A stretch of 64,000 nucleotides of DNA, taken from positions 160,001-224,000 of the forward strand of contig CAXWPL010000005.1 of assembly GCA_963666215.2 (NCBI GenBank), read 5' to 3'. The position numbers and the translations under genes were made by a program. Below, in pieces: positions 42,412 through 54,245 of this stretch; within the stretch, counting starts at the first letter, position 1, and every line of letters begins with the position of its first letter. The notes under the pieces were generated by a model, which had not been told where the DNA came from, did no database searches, and worked only from the letters and a program-made list of their open reading frames with translations. This stretch comes from Acidobacteriota bacterium (GTDB lineage Bacteria > Acidobacteriota > UBA890 > WLXD01).

Positions 42412-43404
42412 TTAGTCAGCGGCCGATTCGTCCTTCGAACTCGTGGTCGCGTCGGCCTTGGCCGCCGGCTTCTTGGCCGACTTGGCCGACTTGGCCGCGG
42501 GCTTCTTCTTCGCAGCCTTGGCCGCCGGCTTCTGCGCAGCTTTGACGTTGGGTTTTTCGAGAGGCTTTGCCTTCTCCTCGGCCTTGGCTTTGGCGGCCGC
42601 CGCGGCCTGAGCGGCGATTGCATCCTTCTTCGCCGCTGCCGCGCGCACCGCTTCTTCCTCGGCCCGTCGAGCCTCTCGCTCGAGAAGCTTGGCTGCCTCC
42701 GCCGCGTCAACGTTCTCTTGGTAGGTGGCTCCGCCAGACAACGCCGCGTCGGCTGCCAGGCTGCAAAACAGCCGAATCGAGCGGATCGCGTCGTCGTTTC
42801 CGGGAACGACGTAGTCGATGCGGTCCGGATCGCAGTTCGTGTCGACCACTGCGACTACCGGAATGCGAAGGCGCAGAGCCTCGTCGACTGCGATGCGCTC
42901 GCGCCGGATGTCGATCACGAAGACGACGTCGGGCAGGCCGTTCATATCTACAATGCCGATCAGGTTGCGCTTGAGCTTGAAGAGCTCGCGGTTGAGCTTC
43001 AGCACTTCCTTCTTCGGCAGCAGCTCGAAGCGGCCGTCTTCGGCCATCGCCTCCAGGTCGCGATAGCGCTGGATGCTACGACTGATCGTGGCGTAGTTCG
43101 TCAACAATCCACCGAGCCATCGATGGTTGACGTAGTACTGACCGGCGCGCTGAGCCTCCTCGGCAACGATGTCGCGCGCCTGGCGTTTGGTACCGACAAA
43201 CAGAATCTTGCCGCCCTGCGCCGCTTGCTCCTCGACATACTGCAGAGCCTCGGACCAAGCGTGCCGAGTTTTCTGCAGGTCGATGATGTAGATGCCGTTC
43301 TTCTTGGCAACGATGTACGGCTTCATCTTCGGGTTCCAACGGCCCGTCTGATGGCCGAAATGGACCCCTGCTTCGAGCAGCTCCCTGAGGCTAACGCTGA
43401 CCAC
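42412..43404 (-). CDS. rpsB: 30S ribosomal protein S2 with Lys/Ala-rich tail
   Basis: [46 protein letters not shown]. Confidence 0.98.
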   Translation of the reverse strand: MVSVSLRELLEAGVHFGHQTGRWNPKMKPYIVAKKNGIYIIDLQKTRHAWSEALQYVEEQAAQGGKILFVGTKRQARDIVAEEAQRAGQYYVNHRWLGGLLTNYATISRSIQRYRDLEAMAEDGRFELLPKKEVLKLNRELFKLKRNLIGIVDMNGLPDVVFVIDIRRERIAVDEALRLRIPVVAVVDTNCDPDRIDYVVPGNDDAIRSIRLFCSLAADAALSGGATYQENVDAAEAAKLLEREARRAEEEAVRAAAAKKDAIAAQAAAAAKAKAEEKAKPLEKPNVKAAQKPAAKAAKKKPAAKSAKSAKKPAAKADATTSSKDESAAD

Positions 43405-43415
43405 CCAGTCGACTC

Positions 43416-43808
43416 CTACCGCTTGCTGAACTGGAAGCGGGCGCGGGCGCCACGCTGACCGTACTTCTTACGTTCTTTCTTACGCGCGTCGCGACGCAAC
43501 AGACCACGCTCCTTGAGCGCGGCCCGCAGCTCGCCGTCGGAGTTTTCCAACGCACGCGCAATGCCGTGACGCACCGCGGCTGCCTGCCCGGTGAGTCCGC
43601 CACCCTTGACGGTAATCATCAGATCGTACTTGTCGACGCCGTCAACCGTCTCCAAAGGCTCGCGCACGAGCGCCTGGCGCGCTGGAGTCGGAAAATACTC
43701 CTCGGGGCTGCGGCGATTGATCGTCACCTTGCCGCTTCCGGGCTTCAAGAACACGCGAGCAATCGCGGTCTTGCGCTTACCCGTGCCGTAGAAATGCGAG
43801 TCTGCCAT
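43416..43808 (-). CDS. rpsI: 30S ribosomal protein S9
   Basis: [31 protein letters not shown]. Confidence 0.98.
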   Translation of the reverse strand: MADSHFYGTGKRKTAIARVFLKPGSGKVTINRRSPEEYFPTPARQALVREPLETVDGVDKYDLMITVKGGGLTGQAAAVRHGIARALENSDGELRAALKERGLLRRDARKKERKKYGQRGARARFQFSKR

Positions 43809-43831
43809 TGACGCTCTTCTCTCTCGAGATC

Positions 43832-44260
43832 CTACAGTGCGAACAGTTCGGGTTGCTGAGCGGCGTGGGGATGCTCGCCACCGGCGTACACGCGCAGCTT
43901 GTTGCGCATCTGCCGCCCGAGACGTGTGTGGGGAAGCATCCCTCGTACCGCGAACTCAACCAGCCGCTTGGGATACTTGGCAAGAAGCTCCTCGGCGCTC
44001 GTCTCGCGAATGCCGCCGGGGTAGCCGGTGTGACGGTAGTACTTCTTGTCGGCGAGCTTGTTGCCGGTGAGCACGATCTTCTCGGCGTTGATCACCACGA
44101 CGTGATCACCACAGTCGAGAAACGGCGTGAAGATCGGCTTGTGCTTGCCCATCAGCAGCGTCGCGATCCTGGTCGCGAGGCGGCCGAGAACCTGGCCTTC
44201 CGCGTCGATCACGTACCAGTGATGCTCAATCTTCGAGGCCGAAGGAAATGGCGTACTCAT
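43832..44260 (-). CDS. rplM: 50S ribosomal protein L13
   Basis: [41 protein letters not shown]. Confidence 0.98.
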   Translation of the reverse strand: MSTPFPSASKIEHHWYVIDAEGQVLGRLATRIATLLMGKHKPIFTPFLDCGDHVVVINAEKIVLTGNKLADKKYYRHTGYPGGIRETSAEELLAKYPKRLVEFAVRGMLPHTRLGRQMRNKLRVYAGGEHPHAAQQPELFAL

Positions 44261-44311
44261 CGTCAACTAGTTCCTTTTCGACAGGCCCGGACGGCGAACG
44301 GCGAATCGCCC

Positions 44312-44341
44312 AACGTACGCAGCCATTCGTTCGTCTGTCAA
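44312..44341 (-). promoter_or_regulatory. Sigma70-type promoter of rplM-rpsI-rpsB
   Basis: TTGACA-N18-TACGTT. Confidence 0.65.
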
Positions 44342-44348
44342 CGACCTC

Positions 44349-46445
44349 TTACCCACCATGTTCGGCGCGCTCCTCGTCGGTGATCGCCTTCAGCGACAGC
44401 CGGATGCGGTTCGGCGCCTCGATCTTGACCACCTTGACGACCAGTGCCTGGCCCTCGGTGACATATTCCCGCATGTCCTCCACGCGATGATTGGCGACCT
44501 CCGAGATATGCAGGAGGCCGTCAGTACCCGGAAGGATCTCGACGAACGCGCCGAAGTCCTTGATCGAGCGCACCTTGCCCTTGTAGATCTTGCCGACCTC
44601 GGCTTCCTGCGTGAGGTCGTTGATCATCTTCCTGGCCGCGTCGCACGCTTCAACGTCAGGCGATGCGATCATCACGGTGCCGTCATCCTCGACATTGATG
44701 CGGCAGCCCGTGTCTTCCTGCATCTGCCGAATGATCCGTCCGCCAGGCCCGATGATGTCGCGGATGCGATCCACCGGAATCTTGACCGAGATAATGCGCG
44801 GCGCCCAGCGGCTGGTTTCGGAGCGCGGCGCGGGCAGCGCGTCACGCATCTTGCCGAGAATGTGCATGCGATTCGCACGCGCCTGCTCGAGGGCTGCCGT
44901 GAAGATCTCGCGAGATAACCCCGTGACCTTGATGTCCATCTGCAGCGCCGTGATGCCCTTCGGCGTGCCGGCAACCTTGAAATCCATGTCACCGTAATGG
45001 TCTTCCTCGCCGGCGATGTCCGAGAGGATCGCCACCGAGTCGCCCTCTTTCATCAGGCCCATCGCGATTCCCGCCACGGGGGCTCGAATCGGCACTCCGG
45101 CGTCCATCATCGAAAGAGTGGCGCCACAGATCGACGCCATCGATGAGGAGCCGTTCGACTCGAAGATATCGGAAACGACCCGGATCACGTAGGGCCAATC
45201 ATCCTCGTCCGGCAGAACCGGTTCCACGGCGCGTTCGGCCAGGTTCCCGTGGCCAATCTCGCGACGGCCGGGGCCACGCAGAAAGCGCGCCTCGCCCACA
45301 GAGAAGGGCGGGAAGTTGTAATGCAGCATGAACTTCTTCCAGTACTCGCCCTCGTACTGCTCGATCTTTCTGGCGTCGTCACTGGTGCCAAGCGTGCAGG
45401 TCACGAAAGCCTGCGTTTCGCCGCGGGTGAACAGCGCCGAACCATGGGTGCGGGCGGCGTAGCCGACCTCGCAATCGATATTGCGCACCTCGTCGAACGC
45501 TCGGCCATCGGCGCGAACGCCCTTCTCGAGCGCCGAGGTTCGCGTGTGGCGCTTGATCAGCTCGCCTACCGCCGCCTTGGCGTCGTCGGCAATCACCTCG
45601 TCCTCCGCAGCGAACTGGTCGCGGATTTCTTGCTTGAGGGCCGACATACGATCGCGACGTTCGATCTTGTCGCTGATTCCCAGAGCCTCGAGGATTGCCG
45701 GGCCGGCTTCCGCATCGACCCTCTCGACCAGTCCGCTGTCGAGCTCGTCGACCTCGAACGTGGCCTTCTCGATGCCGAGCTGCCCTTGCACCCTGTCTTG
45801 CAGATCGATGTAGCTGTTGATGCGGGACTGTGCGAACTCGAGGGCGTCGACGATCTGCTCCTCGCTAACCTCGCGCGCTCCCGCCTCGATCATCATCACG
45901 GCATCGCGTCGAGCAGCAACGATCAGGTCGAGAATGCTGCTCTCCATCTGTTCGGTGGTCGGGTTGAGAACCATCTCGCCGTCGACGATCCCGACCCGAG
46001 CTGCGCCAAAGGGCGTCGTGAACGGGATCCTCGAACAGAACAGCGCCATCGAGGCACCCATCTTGGCAAGGATCGCAGGGTCGTTCTCGCCGTCGGCCGA
46101 CAGCACCATCGCGATGACCTGCGTCTCGTAGCGGTACCCCTTGGGGAACAGCGGTCGGATGGTGCGATCGATCATCCGAGAGGTGAGGATCTCCTTCTCG
46201 GTAGGACGCCCCTCGCGCTTGAAGAAGCCGCCGGGAATCTTGCCGCCCGCATAGGCGTTCTCTCGGTAGTCGACGGTCAACGGCAAGAAGGAGGCAGCCT
46301 TCGGTTTGCGATCCATGACTGCCGTTACCAGAACCTTCGTGTCGCCGCTCGAAACGACGACAGCGCCATCGGCCTGGCGCGCGATCTTGCCAATCTCGAA
46401 TTCGATCGTTTGACCGTCGAGCTCAATCTGTTCCCGCGTGATCAT
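44349..46445 (-). CDS. pnp: Polyribonucleotide nucleotidyltransferase
   Basis: [47 protein letters not shown] and S1 domains. Confidence 0.98.
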   Translation of the reverse strand: MITREQIELDGQTIEFEIGKIARQADGAVVVSSGDTKVLVTAVMDRKPKAASFLPLTVDYRENAYAGGKIPGGFFKREGRPTEKEILTSRMIDRTIRPLFPKGYRYETQVIAMVLSADGENDPAILAKMGASMALFCSRIPFTTPFGAARVGIVDGEMVLNPTTEQMESSILDLIVAARRDAVMMIEAGAREVSEEQIVDALEFAQSRINSYIDLQDRVQGQLGIEKATFEVDELDSGLVERVDAEAGPAILEALGISDKIERRDRMSALKQEIRDQFAAEDEVIADDAKAAVGELIKRHTRTSALEKGVRADGRAFDEVRNIDCEVGYAARTHGSALFTRGETQAFVTCTLGTSDDARKIEQYEGEYWKKFMLHYNFPPFSVGEARFLRGPGRREIGHGNLAERAVEPVLPDEDDWPYVIRVVSDIFESNGSSSMASICGATLSMMDAGVPIRAPVAGIAMGLMKEGDSVAILSDIAGEEDHYGDMDFKVAGTPKGITALQMDIKVTGLSREIFTAALEQARANRMHILGKMRDALPAPRSETSRWAPRIISVKIPVDRIRDIIGPGGRIIRQMQEDTGCRINVEDDGTVMIASPDVEACDAARKMINDLTQEAEVGKIYKGKVRSIKDFGAFVEILPGTDGLLHISEVANHRVEDMREYVTEGQALVVKVVKIEAPNRIRLSLKAITDEERAEHGG

Positions 46446-46608
46446 TCTGTAGGTTTCTCCTGCTAGAACCGCAGGGGGATCCGCGGATCTCGCACTTCGA
46501 GTACCAGGCTCTGGGCTGGGCCGGCGCGTTTCAGAAGGGAACGATGAATGCGTTCGCTGCGAGCCGCGTCAAGCTAAACCGCTGAGAGATCCCCTTCGCC
46601 GCTTCCGC

Positions 46609-46872
46609 TTATCTCCGTAGCCCGAGCTGCTGAAGCAAGCCCTGGTAACGTTGAACATCTTGGCGCCGGATGTAATCCAAGAGCCGGCGACGCCTGCCAA
46701 CGAGCATCAGCAGACCACGCTCCGTGGCGTGGTCCTTCTTGTTGGCTTGCATATGGGTGGTGAGGTGCTTGATGCGAGCTGTAAGGCGCGCGATCTGCAC
46801 CTCGGGCGACCCGGTATCGGTCTCGTGTCGCCGGTAATCAACGAGCGCGTCCTGTGCCTGCGTCGCTTCCAC
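46609..46872 (-). CDS. rpsO: 30S ribosomal protein S15
   Basis: [35 protein letters not shown]. Confidence 0.97.
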   Translation of the reverse strand: MEATQAQDALVDYRRHETDTGSPEVQIARLTARIKHLTTHMQANKKDHATERGLLMLVGRRRRLLDYIRRQDVQRYQGLLQQLGLRR

Positions 46873-47049
46873 GTGCGTTGCTTCTACTTTCCGCGAGAAC
46901 TATTAGGAGTCGACGAAACTCGACCGCGATCGCTCTGCTTTGAAACGTACCGCCGGGCACACTTTGCCCAGGGAGTGAGCGGGAAAGGTAGCACAGGCAC
47001 TGAATGCTGTAAAATCGACCTCAGTGCCAGATTTCGCCCTGAGAAACGC

Positions 47050-48066
47050 TCAAATCAGGACCACCCTCGGCTGCAGGAGACCACCCGGGAGGAACTGGGC
47101 CGTGGCAACCATCTCGCCGCTCGGGTTGACCACCGCGAACCAGTTGCCATCCGCGGCGGTTCCACCGGCACCCTTCCTCATCTGGGCGCGCTGCACGAGA
47201 TGTCGCGGCTCGAGCACGCCACCGTTGCGCAACAGCTTGAGCCCCTCCGGACGGACCACGGCCCGTGGCCACGCCGGCAGCATCTCCGCCGGCCGGACGA
47301 GCCGCTCGCGCAGAAGCTCAGGCTCGGTTTCCAGCAAGTCTTTCCACGCAATCGCGTGATCGAGCCCGAAACCCCCGGCACGCTCGCGCCTCAACGACTC
47401 CAGGTGCGACGGACAGCCGAGCGCCAACCCGATCTCGTGCGCCAGAGTGCGCACGTAGGTTCCTGCCCCGCAGCGCACTCGCAACTGCAGCCGTTCGGAG
47501 TCCAGATTCAGCAGATCGATTGCATGGACGACAACCCTCACAGGGTCGTGAACCACGGTCTCGCCGCGGCGCGCGCGCCGGTAGGCCGGTTGGCCGCGGA
47601 TCTTCTTGGCCGAGTACACCGGCGGCACCTGGTCAAGCTCGCCAACGAACTGGGACAGTACGCGTGCAACCTCGCCACGATCGAAGGGCGGCACAGGCAC
47701 GCGATCGCCTACGGGCTCTCCATCTCCATCGTAGGTATCGGTGGCCCATCCGAAGCGCACGCTGCAGAGGTACTGCTTGTCTTCCTCTTGGAGAAATCGC
47801 GCCAGACGCGTTGACCTCCCCAAGCAAATCAGCAACACGCCCGTCGCCTGTGGGTCGAGCGTCCCGGTGTGTCCGGTCCGCACCTTCAAGCGCCGGCGCA
47901 CGGCAACCACGACGTCGTGGGAGGTACACCCAGCGGGCTTGTCAACGACGAGCATTCCGCTCCATGCGAGCCCCGGTGGCAACACCACCGCGGCCGGCGG
48001 AAGGGCCGCGGAGGCGCCGGAAGCGGCCGCCTCGGAAACTGCCGTGGACATGTCGCGGGAGCTCAT
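47050..48066 (-). CDS. truB: tRNA pseudouridine(55) synthase
   Basis: VDKPAGCTSHDVV, GHTGTLDPQATGVL, QVPPVYSAKK, GTYVRTLA; ATG overlaps the upstream stop. Confidence 0.96.
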   Translation of the reverse strand: MSSRDMSTAVSEAAASGASAALPPAAVVLPPGLAWSGMLVVDKPAGCTSHDVVVAVRRRLKVRTGHTGTLDPQATGVLLICLGRSTRLARFLQEEDKQYLCSVRFGWATDTYDGDGEPVGDRVPVPPFDRGEVARVLSQFVGELDQVPPVYSAKKIRGQPAYRRARRGETVVHDPVRVVVHAIDLLNLDSERLQLRVRCGAGTYVRTLAHEIGLALGCPSHLESLRRERAGGFGLDHAIAWKDLLETEPELLRERLVRPAEMLPAWPRAVVRPEGLKLLRNGGVLEPRHLVQRAQMRKGAGGTAADGNWFAVVNPSGEMVATAQFLPGGLLQPRVVLI

Positions 48067-49418
48067 TCGGTTGGTCCGATGGCGCCGAGGCGCAACAGGA
48101 CCGCGTTCACCACTGCTGCGTGAACGTCGGCAAACGCTCCCTGCATCGAACAACCGGCAGCGCGCCGATGTCCGCCCCCGCCAAATTCGGCCGCCAGGTC
48201 AGCGACGTCAACCTGGCCGTCGGAGCGCATGCTGACGCGATGCTCCCCTTCCTCCACTTCCTTGAAGAGAAATGACACCACGACACCCTCGACAGTCTGA
48301 GCGTGATTGATGAACCCCTCCGTGTCCGCTGTGTCACCGTGCTTGGCGAACGTCGCCCGGCCGATCGACATCCAGGCTACGCGACCGTCGTCGCTGAACT
48401 CGAGACTGGCGAGAGCGTCGGCGAGCAATGCCACCTTCTCGCGTTGTGTGCGCCCGTAGAGCTCGGCCACAACGGTCTCGGAGTTGGCACCCGCCTCGAC
48501 CATGTCGGCGCCGAAACGCAAAGCCGTGGCGTCGGAGTTGGCATGGCGGAAAGAGCCCGTGTCGGTGAAGACCGCGATGAACAGCAGCTGCGCGATGTCG
48601 GGCGTCACCTCGCACCCCAGCTCGCGCAGCAAGCGACCGATCATGATTCCGTTTGCCGCGAGGCTAGCGTCGATCCAGTTGAGATCGGCATACACCGCGT
48701 TCTTCGCGTGGTGGTCGACGTTCAACGTCGGCAACCCCTCGTAGCCTCCGAGGCCGCTACGCGCAAAGTCGCTGCACTCGATCAAGATGGCCGCCTTGGA
48801 CTCACCGGGCACTTCTTCCGCCGACTCCACCTGGTCGACACATGGCAGCCACTGGTAAGTTGGCGGCAGAGGCTGTGAGATCACGACGCGGGCCGACTTG
48901 CCAAGCTGCCGCAGCCCGAGGGCCAGCCCGAGCGATGAGCCGAGCGAGTCGCCGTCGGGGTCGATGTGCGATGCAATCGCGAAGTCATCGTGGTCGCGAA
49001 GCCAGTCGGCCACCGCCTCGACGCCGCCGTGAAGTCCGTCTGCCATCGTTGTTTCCTCGTTTTCGGGATCAACCTCGAGTGCCGCCGGCGGATCAAGACG
49101 TAGGAGCTCATCGAGACGCTCCGTACGGTCGAGTGTGTCATCGACCAAAAATCGCAGCTCCGGAACGAGGCGCAGCCGCATGCGGCGGCCTACTTGGCGC
49201 CGCAGATAGCCGCTGGCACGCTCCAGGCCTGCCATCGTTGCCGCGCGGCTCTCGGCGTCGCCCATAACGCTCACGTACACCTTTGCGACTCGCAGATCGC
49301 GGCTCATCTGGACCTCGGTCACGGTCACGAACCCGATGCTCGGTTCTTTGATCTCGTGCATCAAGAGCTCGGCGATCTCGCTTCGCAACTGGTCGCCAAC
49401 ACGTTCGCTGCGGTACAT
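48063..49418 (-). CDS. rbfA: Fused ribosome-binding factor A + DHH/DHHA1 phosphoesterase (NrnA-like)
   Basis: About aa 1-110 are RbfA (VTVTEVQMSRDLRVAKVY, VPELRF). From M125: HIDPDGDSLGS, DHH, TDTGSF, SMRS, GGGGH. No stop between the domains. Confidence 0.9.
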   Translation of the reverse strand: MYRSERVGDQLRSEIAELLMHEIKEPSIGFVTVTEVQMSRDLRVAKVYVSVMGDAESRAATMAGLERASGYLRRQVGRRMRLRLVPELRFLVDDTLDRTERLDELLRLDPPAALEVDPENEETTMADGLHGGVEAVADWLRDHDDFAIASHIDPDGDSLGSSLGLALGLRQLGKSARVVISQPLPPTYQWLPCVDQVESAEEVPGESKAAILIECSDFARSGLGGYEGLPTLNVDHHAKNAVYADLNWIDASLAANGIMIGRLLRELGCEVTPDIAQLLFIAVFTDTGSFRHANSDATALRFGADMVEAGANSETVVAELYGRTQREKVALLADALASLEFSDDGRVAWMSIGRATFAKHGDTADTEGFINHAQTVEGVVVSFLFKEVEEGEHRVSMRSDGQVDVADLAAEFGGGGHRRAAGCSMQGAFADVHAAVVNAVLLRLGAIGPTE

Positions 49419-49696
49419 CAGAGATGCTCGGTCTCAGCGCGTACCAGCACACCACCCCATTCCCTTTCCGCAACCTGCAACACACCTTGCAGCTGACGGT
49501 CGAGCTGGGCGGCGCTGCCCGACACTGAAACTACGGCGAACACGGAACGCTGCCAGAGATCGTGATACTCCACCTCCGCAACCCCGACGTTCAACTTCCT
49601 CAGGCGATCCCGAAGTCGATTGAGCAACATGCGCTTCTCTTTGAGGCTACGGCAACCGGGGAGGTGCAGCTCGAGTGTACAGAGGCCGATCGTCAT
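49418..49696 (-). CDS. DUF503 (YlxP-like) protein
   Basis: LHLPGCRSLKEKR, NVGVAEV..HDLWQ; lies between infB and rbfA. Confidence 0.9.
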   Translation of the reverse strand: MTIGLCTLELHLPGCRSLKEKRMLLNRLRDRLRKLNVGVAEVEYHDLWQRSVFAVVSVSGSAAQLDRQLQGVLQVAEREWGGVLVRAETEHL

Positions 49697-49792
49697 GTCG
49701 GTACGTCGTTGGGGCGAGCGTGCCGGGCGGCTGGCGGCACCCGCACCGCAGAGTCAAGCGCCACCGCACAGAGCACGGAGGGGCAGGACGAC

Positions 49793-51898
49793 CTACAGCG
49801 TCGGGGCGATCTCTTTCACCGAGAACGCCTCGATCACGTCGCCGATCTTGACGTCGTTGAAGTTGGCGAGCCCGATGCCGCACTCATAGCCCTGCTGAAC
49901 CTCGGCGACGTCGTCCTTGAAGCGCCGCAGGGAACCCACCCTACCCTCGTAGATGATTCGCGAGTCGCGCAGCAGACGCGCCTTGGCATCACGGGTGATC
50001 TTGCCCTCGGTGATGTAGCAGCCGGCAATGCTTCCGGAACGCGGTACGCGAAAGGTGTCACGCACCTCGGCCGAGCCCAGAGAGCTCTCTTCGTAGGTCG
50101 GCTCGAGCTTGCCGACCATCGCCAACTTCACCTCATCGATGAGTTGGTAGATGATCGTGTACAGCCGCAGGTCGACCTTCTCACCGCTGGCGATATCGGC
50201 CACGCCGCGCTCCGGGCGGACGTTGAATCCGACGATAATGGCGTCGGAAGCCGTTGCCAGCAGCACATCGGTCTCGCTGACTCCGCCCACCGAAGCGTGC
50301 AAGATCTCGACCTTCACCGCGGCGGTCGAGACCTTGGTGAGGGCGTCGCGCAAGACTTCCACGGAACCTTGGGCGTCGGCCTTGAGGATGACCGGAAGGG
50401 TGACGGGCTGGCCCTCGCTGAGCCTCATGTGCAGATCCTCGAGCGTGAGTCGCGTGCCGCCACTGCGCGCATCGCGGCGCAACTTGCCCCGGCGGATATC
50501 GGCGACGCGACGGGCGAGGCTCGCCTCTTCGACCACCTGGAAGGAGTCACCAGCCTTGGGGACGCCGGAAAAACCCAGCACCTCCACCGCCGTCGCCGGA
50601 GGGGCCGTCTTGACGGGGCTGCCCATTGCCGTGGTGATGGCCCGCACCCGGCAGCTCTCGGCACCAGCGATCAAGTTCGTACCGATCTGCAGCGTTCCCT
50701 CTTGCACGAGAAGCGTTGCAAGGGGTCCGCGTTGCCGATCGAGTTGGGCCTCGAGAACGATGCCCCGAGCCGGGACCTTCGGGTTGGCCTTGAGCTCGAG
50801 CAGCTCCGAGGTCAACACGATGTACTCCAGGAGTCCGTCGAGGTTCGACTTCATCTTTGCAGACACCGGCACACAGACCGTCTCGCCGCCCCATTCCTCT
50901 GGCTGCAGGCCGCGCTCGGTGAGCTGCTGCATGACCCGCTCGATGTTCGCCTCCGGTCGGTCGATCTTGTTGATCGCCACGATGATCGGGACGCCGGCAG
51001 CGCGGGCATGGTCGATCGCCTCGACCGTCTGCGGCATCACGCCATCATCGGCGGCTACGACAAGCACGACAATGTCGGTAACCTGCGCGCCACGTGCGCG
51101 CATCCGCGTGAAGGCCTGGTGACCAGGCGTATCGATGAACACGATGCGGTTGCCACGCCACTCGACCTCGGAGGCACCGATGTGCTGAGTGATCCCGCCC
51201 GCTTCACGGGCGATGACGTTGGTTTCCCGAATCGAGTCGAGCAGGTGGGTCTTGCCGTGGTCAACGTGCCCCATGATCGTGACGACGGGGGCGCGCGGCT
51301 CGATGTCCTCCGCATCGCCCTCCTCGCGCTCGCCGAGTAGCGCGTCATCCTCGGTAAGGATCGTCGCTGCGAAGCCATGGGCGTCGGCGATCTTGGCGGC
51401 AAGCTCGAGATCGAGAGCCTGGTTCATGTTGGCCATAATCCCCTGGCTCATCAGCTCACGAATAATCACCACAGGAGAAACCTTGAGGTCGCCAGCCAAC
51501 TTGCCGACGCTCAGGCCTTCCTCGATGACGATCGTCGGCCGATTGTCCTCAACCTCGAGCTCGGAATCAGGCTCTGGCTCGCCGGCCGATTCGGCCGCTG
51601 CCACCGCGGGCTCGCCATCGGGCTCGACGGCCACCTCCGCAGCTGTTTCCTCGGCGACCGTAACAACGCCGTCGTCCGTCGCCGCGCTCGTCGGCTGCGA
51701 AGGAGCCTCGTCCGCTGCCTCGGGCTCGGCTGAGCCTGGCTGAGAGCCATCGCCACCCATGCTCTCCTTCAGACGTTCGACGTCGACGTCGCTCACCGCG
51801 TTCGCGTGGCTCTTGACCTCGACGTCAAGAGCGTTCAAGGCCGCGATGGCCTCCTTGCTGGTCAGCCCCAGCTCCTTGGCTACTTCGTGGACCCGCAT
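49793..51898 (-). CDS. infB: Translation initiation factor IF-2
   Basis: MRVHEVAKELG, MGHVDHGKT, EAGGITQHIG, DTPGH, NKID, SLRRFKDDV. Confidence 0.98.
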   Translation of the reverse strand: MRVHEVAKELGLTSKEAIAALNALDVEVKSHANAVSDVDVERLKESMGGDGSQPGSAEPEAADEAPSQPTSAATDDGVVTVAEETAAEVAVEPDGEPAVAAAESAGEPEPDSELEVEDNRPTIVIEEGLSVGKLAGDLKVSPVVIIRELMSQGIMANMNQALDLELAAKIADAHGFAATILTEDDALLGEREEGDAEDIEPRAPVVTIMGHVDHGKTHLLDSIRETNVIAREAGGITQHIGASEVEWRGNRIVFIDTPGHQAFTRMRARGAQVTDIVVLVVAADDGVMPQTVEAIDHARAAGVPIIVAINKIDRPEANIERVMQQLTERGLQPEEWGGETVCVPVSAKMKSNLDGLLEYIVLTSELLELKANPKVPARGIVLEAQLDRQRGPLATLLVQEGTLQIGTNLIAGAESCRVRAITTAMGSPVKTAPPATAVEVLGFSGVPKAGDSFQVVEEASLARRVADIRRGKLRRDARSGGTRLTLEDLHMRLSEGQPVTLPVILKADAQGSVEVLRDALTKVSTAAVKVEILHASVGGVSETDVLLATASDAIIVGFNVRPERGVADIASGEKVDLRLYTIIYQLIDEVKLAMVGKLEPTYEESSLGSAEVRDTFRVPRSGSIAGCYITEGKITRDAKARLLRDSRIIYEGRVGSLRRFKDDVAEVQQGYECGIGLANFNDVKIGDVIEAFSVKEIAPTL

Positions 51899-51900
51899 CG

Positions 51901-53406
<1,506 letters not shown>

Positions 53407-53409
53407 GGG

Positions 53410-53901
53410 TTACTCCGATCCCGATGCCGATGCCGCGTCGAGACGCGCCAGGGCAACACGACGGAGAGGAATCAACACGCGCTCGCCAGAGGGCTCTTCC
53501 ACCACGACCTGGTCGCGCCGGAGGCCGCGCAGAACGCCTCGGAAGCGCTCGCGGCCGCTAACCGGCCCGTCGGTATCGATGCTGACCGTGGCCCCGGCGT
53601 ATCGGCGATAGTCGGCAGCCAACAGCAAAGTCCGCTCCACACCCGGTGACGAAACCTCCAGGGTGTAGCGGGCGGCAATGACGTCTTCGACGTCGAGCAG
53701 AGTCGAGAGCTGACGGCTTACAACGGCACAGTCCTCTACATCCACGCCGTCTGCGTCGCGTGCGACACCCTCGTTCTCGGGTCGATCGATGACGATTCGC
53801 AGCCGTCCCGGCGAGTAGACCACATCGACGAGCTCGCAGCCGCGACGCTCGGCCACACGCGTGGCGAGCGGTGCAATCTGCTCGGCGATCGTCTCGTTCA
53901 C
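53410..53901 (-). CDS. rimP: Ribosome maturation factor RimP
   Basis: VEDCAVVSRQLS..LDVED, YTLEVSSPGVER; GTG 53901 with GGAG upstream. Confidence 0.95.
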   Translation of the reverse strand: MNETIAEQIAPLATRVAERRGCELVDVVYSPGRLRIVIDRPENEGVARDADGVDVEDCAVVSRQLSTLLDVEDVIAARYTLEVSSPGVERTLLLAADYRRYAGATVSIDTDGPVSGRERFRGVLRGLRRDQVVVEEPSGERVLIPLRRVALARLDAASASGSE

Positions 53902-54028
53902 GTGTCTCTCCTGACGCCCGTTGTTGCCGAACCTCATGCGGCCCGCGAGAGCGCTGTTGCTGGCGTCGACTGACCGCTAGACCGCCCATACGGGGCGATC
54001 CGCAGCCAGATCGGCGAGTGCTAGAGAC

Positions 54029-54054
54029 AAAAAAAGCGGGCTCAGGGCCCGCTT
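54029..54054 (-). promoter_or_regulatory. rimP leader hairpin / attenuator
   Basis: AAGCGGGC-CCTGA-GCCCGC followed by T7, between the promoter and rimP. Confidence 0.8.
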
Positions 54055-54086
54055 CTCTCACTGAGGCACCCAATAATCCGAATGGG

Positions 54087-54115
54087 AGACTAACAAATCT
54101 CCCCCTGCTGTTCAA
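54087..54115 (-). promoter_or_regulatory. Promoter of the rimP-nusA-infB operon
   Basis: TTGAAC-N17-TAGTCT with an extended TG. Confidence 0.6.
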
Positions 54116-54245
54116 CGAGCCCTGATCCCGCGGTGGTTTGCGCGCTCGGGTGGCTGCGGCTAGTGTCGCGCCGATCCGGAAACGGCAGGAAAGTTCCTCC
54201 AAAACAACTCGAAGCGCGCCCGCGCGGCCGCGCTCGGAGAAGGCC

